Part shown: positions 8,541 to 18,146 of the stretch, one piece after another
Numbering within the stretch: the first letter of the stretch is position 1
Layout: every line of letters starts with the position of its first letter
Source: Candidatus Poribacteria bacterium
Lineage (GTDB): Bacteria; Poribacteria; WGA-4E; PCPOR2b
Direction: 5' to 3'
Length of the DNA stretch: 64,000 nucleotides
Assembly (NCBI GenBank): GCA_965215015.1
Contig: OZ244042.1
Location: forward strand, 3,808,001 to 3,872,000
The notes under the pieces: model-generated
The model's input: the letters and a program-made list of their open reading frames with translations, nothing else
The model's database searches: none
What the model was told of the DNA's origin: nothing
Position numbers and translations under genes: made by a program

Positions 8541-10940
8541 CTAAGGAACAATGGTTATGGTGATGATACTGCTCTGTATATTGGCGTGGGGGAAGCGGGC
8601 TTGCAGCGCGTGGTCACCTGCGCGAAGATGCCATCGAGTTGTGTAGGGATATGGCACTTTTTGAAAGGGTTCTCCATCTACATACCAGAGAATCTCCGGG
8701 ACAACCGGGGTAACGCTGGCTCTGAGCGCAATGCTCTGCAATTGTCGGGGGGTATCTGGCTGAAACCGAAAGACACTTCCATCAATCGGTTCCTCAATGG
8801 CGATGTGCGCATACGGCGATTCAGTTGAGGGTGAAGGCGGGGGATTGTAACCGTGAATTGCCCCCCAGACCGCGAACTGTGGCGGTAGGATGGCGTAACT
8901 CCTGATTTCTACATCCTCTGAGGGTGTCATGGGACCCGCTAGCGTTCCTGTGCGCCGGTCAACTGCAAACGATTGATGGCTGCGGCAGGGGGTCCTCGGT
9001 TCGGTACCAAGGGGGAGATACTCCAAGACGGTCTCAGAACACGCTTCGGTCACAAGTTCTCCCGACAGTGAACAGAGTTTAACCAATTGATAGCCCGTAG
9101 ATTGCTCTGAATCCTGATGCAATTGGGGGGAGAGGAAGGGTTTTTCGTCTACACCTCGACGTTCTTTAGGGTGCAAAAAGAGCAGAATCTCCTTCACCAA
9201 TTGCGCTGCATCAAGCCCGCCCACCTGCTTCATCCGTTCATGGTCTGGGTGTCCAATCCATGCGCCGACGATGTATTTTGAACTGTAAGCGACCGCCCAG
9301 GCATCTCGGAATCCCTGGGATGTGCCGGTTTTCACCGCTACCGGGAACGGATATTCCAACGGTCCCATACGAGCGAAAGTGGGTAACCGCGCCAATGGGT
9401 CGGAGAGGAAGAGGGTGATTTGCCGAGCGACATCTTCAGGGATAAGCTGCGCTGGTGTTTCTTCATCGGCAGTTTCAAACCAGCGCAACGTAAACGTCTT
9501 CCCGTCGTTTGCCAACACGCCATAAGCAGCGACGAGGTCCTCCAAGGTCACGTAAAGGCCACCAATTGCCAATCCAAGCCCATAAACGCTGGCGGCTTTG
9601 TCGTCTTTGGCGAGCCCCAATTGGCGAAATAGATCATATGTCTTTGCTAACCCGACCGTTTTCAGGACATGAACCGCCGGGACATTTCGGCTATTGGCAA
9701 GTGCTCTCCGATAAAGGAGGGGTCCGAGATATCGTTCATCATAATTGGCAACGCTATACTGACCTCCCGGCTGCGACAGATTGAACGGCAGATCTGCCAA
9801 GACGCTGGCAGGGGAGAACGCTCCGGTTTCCATACCCAAGGCATAGATGAAAGGCTTCAGGGTGCTGCCGGCAGAACGTGGAGTTGTGGCATAATTGATG
9901 GCACCGGCAAAGTCTGTATCGGCGTAAAAATCGGAGCCCAGATAACTCCGAATCGCGCCCGTCTCGCGCTCTGCCACGATAACAGCCACATTACCCGCAC
10001 CGCGCTGACGGAGATACCCCATCGTTTCGCCGGCAATGCCATCCACGACTGCCTGAAGGGAAAGGTCCAAATTGGTGAATACCGGTTTCGTATAGGTGGC
10101 AGTTTCGTAGATTGTTTCTTGGAGACGTAGAATGGGATGGTAGCTGTGGTACGGTCGCGACTCCTTAATGGGGATTTTCAAGGACTTTAACTGGCGTTGG
10201 CTAATTGCGACGGTTTCCTCATCGAGTGTTCCGTTTTCGCGGAGCAGATTGAGTATCAGTTTTGCCCGTTCAAACGCTCTTCGACGTCCCTTAAAATGGT
10301 AAAGGTTCATCCTGCCCGGTGCTCTGGGAAGGCTTGCTAACACCGCTGCTTCCGCCCAACTCAAATCTGCCAAAGGCTTCTGGAAATACCGTCTCGCCGC
10401 GTAAGCGGTGCCGTGAATACGATTGCCTTGGGGAACAATTTTCAGGTAGTGCCGAAGCACATTTTCATGGCCGAACTTTCGGTTGAGCGAGACCGCTGTC
10501 CCCATTTCGCAGGCTTTTCTCCAGAGGGTTCGTTTCCCCGGCCGTTGTAGCCGCGCCACCTGCATAGCAATCGTCGAGGCACCCTGCCGGGGTCGTGCAC
10601 TAAGGTTATTCACTAGTGCCCGGAGGAGGGAACGGAAATCGACGCCAAAGTGTTTGTAGTACCGCTTATCTTCAATCGCCAATAGGCACGAAACCATTCG
10701 GTCCGGCAAAACCGCTGGCGGGTCCCAAAAGCCAAGCGGGGCGTTCGCGTCGGCCGTTCCCTCTGCTAAAAAGGTGCCGTATCGATCGGTGAAAATCGGT
10801 GTCGCTGGCGGTGAAACCAATTGGCTTCCATCCAAGACTTCGTGCGAAAGCAGCAAAACAGAGGCTGCTATCAAGGAACCTGAAACGACAATGGAACTTT
10901 TTAAGATGGACTTGAAATACTTCGGGAGATTTGATTTCAT
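8541..10940 (-). CDS. pbpC: Penicillin-binding protein 1C
   Basis: EDKRYYKHFGVD, GASTIAMQVAR transglycosylase; SAGSTLKP, SRN, KTGTS transpeptidase; BiPBP_C-like tail (WYVDGE). Confidence 0.9.
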   Translation of the reverse strand: MKSNLPKYFKSILKSSIVVSGSLIAASVLLLSHEVLDGSQLVSPPATPIFTDRYGTFLAEGTADANAPLGFWDPPAVLPDRMVSCLLAIEDKRYYKHFGVDFRSLLRALVNNLSARPRQGASTIAMQVARLQRPGKRTLWRKACEMGTAVSLNRKFGHENVLRHYLKIVPQGNRIHGTAYAARRYFQKPLADLSWAEAAVLASLPRAPGRMNLYHFKGRRRAFERAKLILNLLRENGTLDEETVAISQRQLKSLKIPIKESRPYHSYHPILRLQETIYETATYTKPVFTNLDLSLQAVVDGIAGETMGYLRQRGAGNVAVIVAERETGAIRSYLGSDFYADTDFAGAINYATTPRSAGSTLKPFIYALGMETGAFSPASVLADLPFNLSQPGGQYSVANYDERYLGPLLYRRALANSRNVPAVHVLKTVGLAKTYDLFRQLGLAKDDKAASVYGLGLAIGGLYVTLEDLVAAYGVLANDGKTFTLRWFETADEETPAQLIPEDVARQITLFLSDPLARLPTFARMGPLEYPFPVAVKTGTSQGFRDAWAVAYSSKYIVGAWIGHPDHERMKQVGGLDAAQLVKEILLFLHPKERRGVDEKPFLSPQLHQDSEQSTGYQLVKLCSLSGELVTEACSETVLEYLPLGTEPRTPCRSHQSFAVDRRTGTLAGPMTPSEDVEIRSYAILPPQFAVWGAIHGYNPPPSPSTESPYAHIAIEEPIDGSVFRFQPDTPRQLQSIALRASVTPVVPEILWYVDGEPFQKVPYPYTTRWHLRAGDHALQARFPHANIQSSIITITIVP

Positions 10941-11123
10941 TGTTCTGACTTTTTACGCGAGTTAGGGCGTAGGGCCCCGATAAGATTGGTTCCGTTCCGA
11001 GAATCCGGATTTATCGGGAGATTCAAAGCAATATGTCTACTACTTTATTTTATCATACCTGACTCGAATTGTGTAGATGTGTCGAGTGCAGCCATTAGGG
11101 GGATTGGTTCATTACCTCCCTAA

Positions 11124-11140
11124 CCCCCCGCAAGAGGGGG
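11124..11140. repeat. REP-like palindrome family 3 (CCCCCGCAAGCGGGGG)
   Basis: Copies near 3370, 11124, 35630, 36565 and 36605. Confidence 0.7.
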
Positions 11141-11178
11141 AAGGGGGGCGTGAGTGGGGCAAGATGCTCTGCCTACGG

Positions 11179-11868
11179 TGTGTAAAAGCGGGGAATTAGA
11201 TGAGGGGTGCTCATAAGTATTGTCTGAATCACGGATTTAGCGGAGGACACAGATAGGGACAAACGCGCCATGAATTGGGCTACTACCAAACGTGCAATGA
11301 ATTGCACTACTACGAACAGGGTGATTCATGTGAGGAGGGCTCATCAGTCAGATTACGCGTGGACGACCGACGGGTATGGAGATTAATTAGTCGGTGGGGC
11401 AAGATTGCTCGGCCTACGGTGAATGGGGCATTGAGTGCTCCTGTAGGATAGGTTTCTGAATCCCGATATACCGCTTAGATATGGAGAAAACCGAAAACTA
11501 AATAGCTTTAATTCGTTGTGTAAAAGCGGGGAATTAGATGAGGGGTGCTCATAAGTATTGTCTGAATCACGGGTTTAGCGGAGGACACAGATAGGGACAA
11601 ACGTGCAATGAATTGCACTACTACGAACAGGGTGATTTATGTGAGGAGTGCTCATCAGTCAGATTACGCGTGGACGACCGACGGGTATGGAGATCAATTA
11701 GTTGGTCTGGCAAGATGCCCCATCTATGGAGTCGGGAGGGCTTTGTTTTTCCCGATTCGGTGGGAATTTAATGGCAGTTGGGTGTTAGTCAAGCCATATG
11801 CCGTAGGGGTTGTGGGGGTTACGGCAGGACGGAGTGTGCCGACTCCTTTATGAGCACCCCTCAATTAA
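11179..11868. mobile_element. MITE-like composite repeat (family A) with internal direct duplication
   Basis: About 200-bp direct repeat at 11179 and 11517; end motif TGAGGGGTGCTCATAA with an inverted copy TTATGAGCACCCCTCA near 11848-11863; further copies at 26519, 38567 and 53876. Confidence 0.75.
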
Positions 11869-11896
11869 ATGCCTCCATATTCCATGAATTTCCATC

Positions 11897-11925
11897 TTGC
11901 CAATATGCGGCGAATCGTTTATACT
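11897..11925 (+). promoter_or_regulatory. Sigma70-type promoter of pcrA
   Basis: TTGCCA-17bp-TATACT. Confidence 0.65.
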
Positions 11926-11971
11926 ATTGATTGAAAAAATCATGCCAAACCTTATTCGGAAGGAACTTCTG

Positions 11972-14113
11972 ATGGCCGATCTCCTCAAATCCTTGAATCC
12001 CGTTCAACGCGAAGCGGTACAACACACCGACGGGCCGCTGCTTATCCTGTCAGGCGCGGGCAGCGGCAAAACCCGTGTGATTACCCATCGAATCGCCTAT
12101 CTTATCCGACACCGCGGCGTTTCCCCGTTTAATATTCTCGCGGTGACGTTCACGAACAAAGCCGCGGAAGAGATGCGAACCCGCCTTGAAAATCTTATCG
12201 GTCAAAGTCAATTGTGGGTGGCCACCTTTCATTCGACGTGTGCTCAAATTCTACGCAGAGACATTCATCATCTCGGCTACAACCGTTCGTTTACAATCTA
12301 CGATACCACAGACCAACAAACCTTGATTAAGGAGCTAATCAAGACGCTGCAACTTTCACTGAATAATCCGAGATCTGTCATCGGTGAGATTGGTAGAGCC
12401 AAGTGTGATTTTGTCTCTCCTGAAGAATATGCGAAGCGAGCCGTGGGATTCTTTGAGGAATCGGTCGCACAGATTTATCCGATGTACCAAGACTTCCTCC
12501 GCGAAAATAACGCCCTCGATTTTGATGACTTAATCAAGTTGACAGTCGAGCTGTTTGAGGCAAATCCGAATGTATTGGACAATTATCAGGATAAGTTTCG
12601 GTATATCCTCGTTGATGAATATCAGGATACCAATCGCGGTCAGTATCTACTGGTTCACGCATTGGCGCAGAAACACCAAAGTATCTGCGTAGTGGGCGAC
12701 GACGACCAGAGTATATACTCGTTTCGAGGCGCGGACATCAACAACATCCTCGATTTCGAGGCGGGCTATCCAGATACGAAAGTCTTACGCTTAGAGCAGA
12801 ACTATCGTTCAACGAAAAATATCCTTGAAGCCGCATATCATGTCATCCGTAACAATCAGAAGCGCAAGGAGAAGCAGATCTGGACAGAAAACAGGAAGGG
12901 GAGTGCAATCACCCTGCATGAAGCGCCGGACGATATCCGTGAGGCGGACTATGTGCTGCGGCAGATTCGGGAGTGGCGGGGGCGCAGGCGGAAATACGGC
13001 GACTGTGTTATCTTTTATCGGATCAATGCTCAATCCCGTACATTTGAAGATGCCCTGCGAGGCGCGAATATTCCGTATCAGATTGTCGGTGGCATCCGAT
13101 TCTACGAGCGGATGGAGGTCAAAGACATCATGGCTTATATGCGGGTGATTGTCAATCCTGCTGACACGATTAGCATCAAACGTATCATCAATGTGCCGCG
13201 CCGAGGGATCGGCGTTGCAACAGTACAGAAGATTGAGGATTACGCCTACGAGGCAGGCATCCCTCTATTTGAAGCGATTCAGTGTGTCGGGGAGGTGTCA
13301 ACACTGAACAATGGCGCGAAAAACAGGGTACGCGCATTCGCTGAATTAATCATGTCGTTCCACCCAAACGATCCGCCGGCACGCACGGCGGAGGACCTGC
13401 TTGACCGCTCCGGCTATCTTCAAACTTTGAGAAGCGAGGGCACGATTGAGGCCCAGAGCCGCGAAGAGAACCTCGGTGAGTTAATCGCAGCGGTCGCGGA
13501 GTACGAAGAAAGTGACCCAGAGCCGACATTAGCGGGTTTCTTGGAAAAGATTACATTAGCTTCCGATATCGACAGCATGGAGGATAAGAGCGATGTGGTG
13601 ACGATGATGACGCTGCATAGCGCGAAAGGGTTGGAATTTCCGATCGTCTTCATGGTCGGAATCGAGGAGGGGTTGTTGCCGCATCAACGCTCTTATAACA
13701 GCGAAGCGGAACTTGAGGAGGAGCGCAGACTGTGTTACGTTGGACTCACACGCGGACAGGAGCATGTCTATCTGACGCATGCCCGCTCCCGGCGGTTGTA
13801 CCGCGACATCGATTATCGCATCCCTTCGCGCTTCATCGAAGAGATTCCGCCCGAACTGTGTGATCAGGGAAATGCTTACGAATCGCCCCGGCGACCGGTG
13901 GTTTCGACCTACGATCCCGATGAACCCGATTTTGACGACGCAGTGCCGTTCCATTACGACGTTGGGGACGTTGTATACCACGCGCAGTTTGGCAGAGGAA
14001 AGATTACCGCCATCACTGGGTATGGATTTAATATGCGTATCGCCGTGCGGTTTGAACGTGGTTCTGAGAAAGTGTTCGCTGCAGCGCATACGCGGTTGCA
14101 AAAGATTAGATAG
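11972..14113 (+). CDS. pcrA: ATP-dependent DNA helicase PcrA/UvrD
   Basis: GAGSGKT, VTFTNKAA, VDEYQD, GDDDQSIY, LEQNYRS, HSAKGLEF, EEERRLCYV; C-terminal Tudor-like H..FGRG. Confidence 0.97.
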   Translation: MADLLKSLNPVQREAVQHTDGPLLILSGAGSGKTRVITHRIAYLIRHRGVSPFNILAVTFTNKAAEEMRTRLENLIGQSQLWVATFHSTCAQILRRDIHHLGYNRSFTIYDTTDQQTLIKELIKTLQLSLNNPRSVIGEIGRAKCDFVSPEEYAKRAVGFFEESVAQIYPMYQDFLRENNALDFDDLIKLTVELFEANPNVLDNYQDKFRYILVDEYQDTNRGQYLLVHALAQKHQSICVVGDDDQSIYSFRGADINNILDFEAGYPDTKVLRLEQNYRSTKNILEAAYHVIRNNQKRKEKQIWTENRKGSAITLHEAPDDIREADYVLRQIREWRGRRRKYGDCVIFYRINAQSRTFEDALRGANIPYQIVGGIRFYERMEVKDIMAYMRVIVNPADTISIKRIINVPRRGIGVATVQKIEDYAYEAGIPLFEAIQCVGEVSTLNNGAKNRVRAFAELIMSFHPNDPPARTAEDLLDRSGYLQTLRSEGTIEAQSREENLGELIAAVAEYEESDPEPTLAGFLEKITLASDIDSMEDKSDVVTMMTLHSAKGLEFPIVFMVGIEEGLLPHQRSYNSEAELEEERRLCYVGLTRGQEHVYLTHARSRRLYRDIDYRIPSRFIEEIPPELCDQGNAYESPRRPVVSTYDPDEPDFDDAVPFHYDVGDVVYHAQFGRGKITAITGYGFNMRIAVRFERGSEKVFAAAHTRLQKIR

Positions 14114-14203
14114 TATACAGGCAACACATCAATTTAATGGGTTCATGAGTTATTTGTCTCCTCAAAATTACACAATCACAACACTACAGAATGGAGATGG
14201 GTT

Positions 14204-14776
14204 ATGCTAGCAAGATTGATTCAACAAAAGGTGCCCCTCGGAAGCCCTATTAAATTTTCGCTAAAAACTGGCAGAGAAATTTCTGGTATTCTTACGGAGA
14301 TTGGACAGGAACATATTACAGTGGAAGCCAGTAATGGTCCAGTAACCATTCTTACCGAAATGATTGGTCTTTGGGAAAGCTCCGGAGATGAGGCACCAAA
14401 ATCAGACTTGGAACCAATTGATGTAAAACCTGATGGGTCGGGGGAGGGCATGGAGGCCAGACCTACGCAGAAAGAAGAAAAATCATTTGGAGATAGAGCA
14501 TCACAGAATTTGATTGATTTTACCTATCCTGCGGACCTGTTTGAGATTATTTTCGCTAGAGGGTTGTGGCAAGAGCACTTTCAACCAATCTTCGGTAACG
14601 ATCCGAATTACTGGGACGAACGGAAAAAGTTGCTTGCGAAGTGTAGAAATCCCTTAGCCCATAATCGCGCTGAAATACTCCAATCCCATGAACTTATGAT
14701 TGTTGAAGGATACTGTACAGAAATTCTGAGTTGTGTGCAAAATATTACTCTGCCCACCAATCTCAGTAATGAATAA
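14204..14776 (+). CDS. Hypothetical protein: Sm/LSm-like N-terminus plus Swt1-like HEPN C-terminus
   Basis: FSLKTGREISGILTEIG beta-rich N-domain; W..HF..IFG and CRNPLAHNR (RxxxxH). Confidence 0.6.
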   Translation: MLARLIQQKVPLGSPIKFSLKTGREISGILTEIGQEHITVEASNGPVTILTEMIGLWESSGDEAPKSDLEPIDVKPDGSGEGMEARPTQKEEKSFGDRASQNLIDFTYPADLFEIIFARGLWQEHFQPIFGNDPNYWDERKKLLAKCRNPLAHNRAEILQSHELMIVEGYCTEILSCVQNITLPTNLSNE

Positions 14777-14796
14777 TGATAAACGAGGAGAATCAG

Positions 14797-15087
14797 ATGG
14801 CAACAATTACAACTGACGATGTGCAACATGTTGCAACCCTCGCACGTCTTAAGTTTAACGAAGAAGAGATCGAGCAGTTTACGCATCAACTCGATCGGAT
14901 TTTGGACTATATCGGAAAATTGAATGAGTTGGAGACGACGGACGTGCCACCAACGTCGCATCCTCTCCCGATCCGCAATGTCGTCAAAGCAGATGTCGCT
15001 AAGCCCTCATACGACCGAGACGCTGTTTTGGAAGGGGCCCCGAGCGCGGCGGAGGGATACTTTGAGGTGCCGAAGGTAATTGAGTAA
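14797..15087 (+). CDS. gatC: Asp/Glu-tRNA amidotransferase subunit C
   Basis: VQHVATLARL, ILDYIGKLNEL, YFEVPKVIE; upstream of gatA; GAGGAG RBS. Confidence 0.95.
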   Translation: MATITTDDVQHVATLARLKFNEEEIEQFTHQLDRILDYIGKLNELETTDVPPTSHPLPIRNVVKADVAKPSYDRDAVLEGAPSAAEGYFEVPKVIE

Positions 15088-15195
15088 AGGATGCGGATCG
15101 ATAAGAAAGATACGCCGATTCTTAAAAGACCTGAAACCTCCACTGAAGAAAGCGACAATGCACTGCCACAATCATCGTTAAAGGAGTAAGGTTTC

Positions 15196-16665
15196 ATGCC
15201 GTTATATGAATTAACAGCCCACGAACTTCATGAAAAATTGAAAGCGCGGGAGATTACTGCTGTCGAACTGACGCAGTCGATGTATGACCGAATTGGTGAG
15301 GTCGAAGGGCAGATAAAAGGTTACTTAACACTGACCGAAGATATTGCACTTGAGGGTGCCGCAGCTGCGGACGCAGGCTTTCAACGCGGCGATGAAATGC
15401 CTCCGTTGGCAGGAATCCCGATTGCGGTCAAGGATGTGATCTGTACCAAAGGTGTGTTGACGACGTGTGGCTCTGAGATTTTGGGGAACTTTGTCTCCCC
15501 CTACGACGCAACCGTGATGACTAAACTCCATCAGCAGGGACCTGTCATGCTTGGCAAAACGAACATGGATGAATTTGCGATGGGATCATCAACTGAAAAT
15601 TCGGCGTATCAGACTACGCGCAATCCGTGGAATCTGGAAACTATCCCCGGCGGATCCAGCGGCGGCTCCGCAGCCGTTGTCTCTGCCGGCGAAGCGATCT
15701 GCTCGCTTGGATCCGACACCGGCGGCTCGATTCGGCAACCTGCCGCCCTGTGCGGCGTCGTGGGGCTGAAGCCAACCTACGGGCGCGTCTCACGGTTTGG
15801 ACTGGTGGCGTTTGCATCGTCCTTGGATCAGATTGGCCCTTTCTCCAAAGATGTAACCGACTGCGCCTTACTGCTCAACGCGATTTGCGGACATGATCCG
15901 ATGGATTCGACTTCGGCAAATCTACCCGTTCCGGATTTTACCAAGTCTTTAATTAACAACCTCAAAGGGGTCAAAGCTGGTATTCCGAAAGAGTATTTTA
16001 CGGCTGGAATTGATCCTGAGGTAGAAGAGAGCGTCCGAAGCTCAATCGAGGTTCTTCAGGAAAACGGGGCAACTATTGAGGAGATCTCCCTACCCCACAC
16101 CGACTACGCGATGGCAACATATTATATCGTTGCGCCCGCTGAGGCGAGCGCGAATCTAGCGCGGTACGACGGTGTCCGGTACGGTTTCCGCGCCGAAGCC
16201 ACTGAAGAGTTGGACGATATGTACAGAAAGACACGGACCGAAGGTTTCGGCGAGGAGGTTAAGCGCCGTATCATGCTCGGCACTTACGCACTCAGTTCGG
16301 GATATTACGATGCCTACTACCTAAAAGCACAAAAAGTCCGGACCCTGATTAAATCCGATTTTGATAAAGCCTTTGAAAAAGTTGATGTGGTCGTGACGCC
16401 AACTTCGCCGACGGCGGCGTTCAAAATTGGTGAGCGGGCAGCAGATCCGTTGCAGATGTATCTCTCAGATGTCCTGACAACGCCGGCGAGCCTCGCGGGT
16501 TTGCCGGGAATTTCCATACCGTGTGGTTTGACGCAGGACGCTTTACCCATCGGCTTGCAAATTCTTGCCGCCCCGTTTGATGAGGGGAAAATTCTACAGG
16601 TGGCGTATACGTTTGAGCAGCATACCGACCACCATCGGCAGCGACCACACTTGTCCTCGATTTGA
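15196..16665 (+). CDS. gatA: Asp/Glu-tRNA amidotransferase subunit A
   Basis: [44 protein letters not shown]. Confidence 0.98.
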   Translation: MPLYELTAHELHEKLKAREITAVELTQSMYDRIGEVEGQIKGYLTLTEDIALEGAAAADAGFQRGDEMPPLAGIPIAVKDVICTKGVLTTCGSEILGNFVSPYDATVMTKLHQQGPVMLGKTNMDEFAMGSSTENSAYQTTRNPWNLETIPGGSSGGSAAVVSAGEAICSLGSDTGGSIRQPAALCGVVGLKPTYGRVSRFGLVAFASSLDQIGPFSKDVTDCALLLNAICGHDPMDSTSANLPVPDFTKSLINNLKGVKAGIPKEYFTAGIDPEVEESVRSSIEVLQENGATIEEISLPHTDYAMATYYIVAPAEASANLARYDGVRYGFRAEATEELDDMYRKTRTEGFGEEVKRRIMLGTYALSSGYYDAYYLKAQKVRTLIKSDFDKAFEKVDVVVTPTSPTAAFKIGERAADPLQMYLSDVLTTPASLAGLPGISIPCGLTQDALPIGLQILAAPFDEGKILQVAYTFEQHTDHHRQRPHLSSI

Positions 16666-16695
16666 TGGGGGCTCTGTGAAACGTGGAGGGAACTC

Positions 16696-17598
16696 ATGGG
16701 CACCTTAAACAGTTTTGACTTCAAGCGAAAGAAATATATGCCGGTCTTTCCAAGAGCTACTGGAAAGCCCACGGTTTACATCGAGGGTTATCCCTCGGAG
16801 GACGATGAGCCAATGGCTGCAACCGGATTTCATGGCGTGCAGATTCGGATTTTCAGCGACCAACTCGTGCGTTATTTTAGCATCGAATCGTTTGTCTACA
16901 TCGGTATTGACAGTTTTATCTATTATCGCGAAGGGGATCGAACGAAGTTTGTTGCTCCTGATATTTACGTCGTCTTAGGTGCAGAGAAGTATCCAGAGCG
17001 GCGGAGTTTCTATACTTGGGCAGAGGGTGCTATCCCTACGGTTGTGTTTGAATTCCTTTCCGATTCCACAGCGGCTCAGGACCGTGGGGCAAAGTTGAGA
17101 CAATACCTCCTTGACATGGGGGTGGCGGAGTATTTCATCCATCAACCCGAAGGGGACAAGCCGCCAGAATTTCATGGTTGGCGTCGAAGTCCTGCCGGTG
17201 AAATTGAGGGTATCCCGCCAGATGCTGAAGGGGGATTGTTTAGCGATAGCTTGAATCTATGGTTCCGTTGGGAGGATTACCCCGGCAAGGTCCGGCTTTT
17301 ACGCCCGTATCTACCTGATGGCACCCTGATCACGACTTCCCCAGAGGAGGTGCAGCTTCGACAGCAGGCCGAGGCGTTTGCCCAAGCAGAAGCCGAGCAC
17401 AGACGTCAAGCAGAAACACGCGCCTTGGAGGAGGCACAACGTCGCCAACATGCAGAAGCACGGGCTCTAGAGGAAGCACAACGACGCCAACACGCAGAAG
17501 CACGGGCTCTAGAAGAAGCACAACGCCGCCAACAGATAGAGTCCGAATTAGAAAGACTTCGCGCACAACTGGCTGCTTCAGAGGCCGATGACAGCTAG
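16696..17598 (+). CDS. Uma2 family (PD-(D/E)XK) endonuclease-like protein with coiled-coil tail
   Basis: SEDDEPMA, VAPDIYVV, PTVVFEFLS, GVAEYF. Confidence 0.88.
   Translation: MGTLNSFDFKRKKYMPVFPRATGKPTVYIEGYPSEDDEPMAATGFHGVQIRIFSDQLVRYFSIESFVYIGIDSFIYYREGDRTKFVAPDIYVVLGAEKYPERRSFYTWAEGAIPTVVFEFLSDSTAAQDRGAKLRQYLLDMGVAEYFIHQPEGDKPPEFHGWRRSPAGEIEGIPPDAEGGLFSDSLNLWFRWEDYPGKVRLLRPYLPDGTLITTSPEEVQLRQQAEAFAQAEAEHRRQAETRALEEAQRRQHAEARALEEAQRRQHAEARALEEAQRRQQIESELERLRAQLAASEADDS
17410..17533 (+). repeat. Intragenic 42-bp tandem repeat x3 (AEARALEEAQRRQH)
   Basis: Visible repeat of gcagaagcacgggctctagaggaagcacaacgacgccaa. Confidence 0.85.
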
Positions 17599-17652
17599 AT
17601 AGTGAAATGGCAGATATAGGCATCTGCCTCTCCCCAGAAAGGGTCAAACACA

Positions 17653-18138
17653 ATGAATAGTACATACAAATCCCCACGGCATCTCCCGCTCGCACCGTTG
17701 GGTGGCCTAATTGGTGCGCTGCTTGGGGGTGCCCTCTGGGCAAAATATATTCAATGGACCGGCCTCACCGCCGGGTGGATTGTGCTTGTTATTGGTATCC
17801 TCACAGGTGCCGGTGTGTTGCTAGCAGGCAGGTCAAGGCAGATTTCTATCAGTCTAGTTGCTGCGCTGTTCGCTGTCATGGGAATTCTTCTCGGGAAATA
17901 TCTCGATGTTCAATGGAATGCCCCACAAACAATCACGGTCGCAATCATCGAGAAGCGCGATGCACCGTCAGACGAGCCAAAGCTGGTGGAGACAGAGGGG
18001 ACCAGCACATCGGTATGGCAGCTCATGCGCCATCGGATGGAGTGGATTGATCTGCTCTATTATGTGGTTGCGGCATACATTGCATTTCGCATATCTTACA
18101 GCAGACGTTTATATCGCTTTTTTTTTAGGATGGGATAA
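17653..18138 (+). CDS. Hypothetical membrane protein
   Basis: About four hydrophobic Gly-rich helices; operonic with ctpA. Confidence 0.75.
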   Translation: MNSTYKSPRHLPLAPLGGLIGALLGGALWAKYIQWTGLTAGWIVLVIGILTGAGVLLAGRSRQISISLVAALFAVMGILLGKYLDVQWNAPQTITVAIIEKRDAPSDEPKLVETEGTSTSVWQLMRHRMEWIDLLYYVVAAYIAFRISYSRRLYRFFFRMG

Positions 18139-18146
18139 TAGTCACT

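Noticed and set aside
11179-11720. Possible CRISPR array
   Set aside because: Only two long (~200 bp) copies, no short repeat-unique spacer periodicity, no cas genes
11608-11853. 81-aa ORF (also 26555-26875)
   Set aside because: Lies within the MITE-A repeat; spurious
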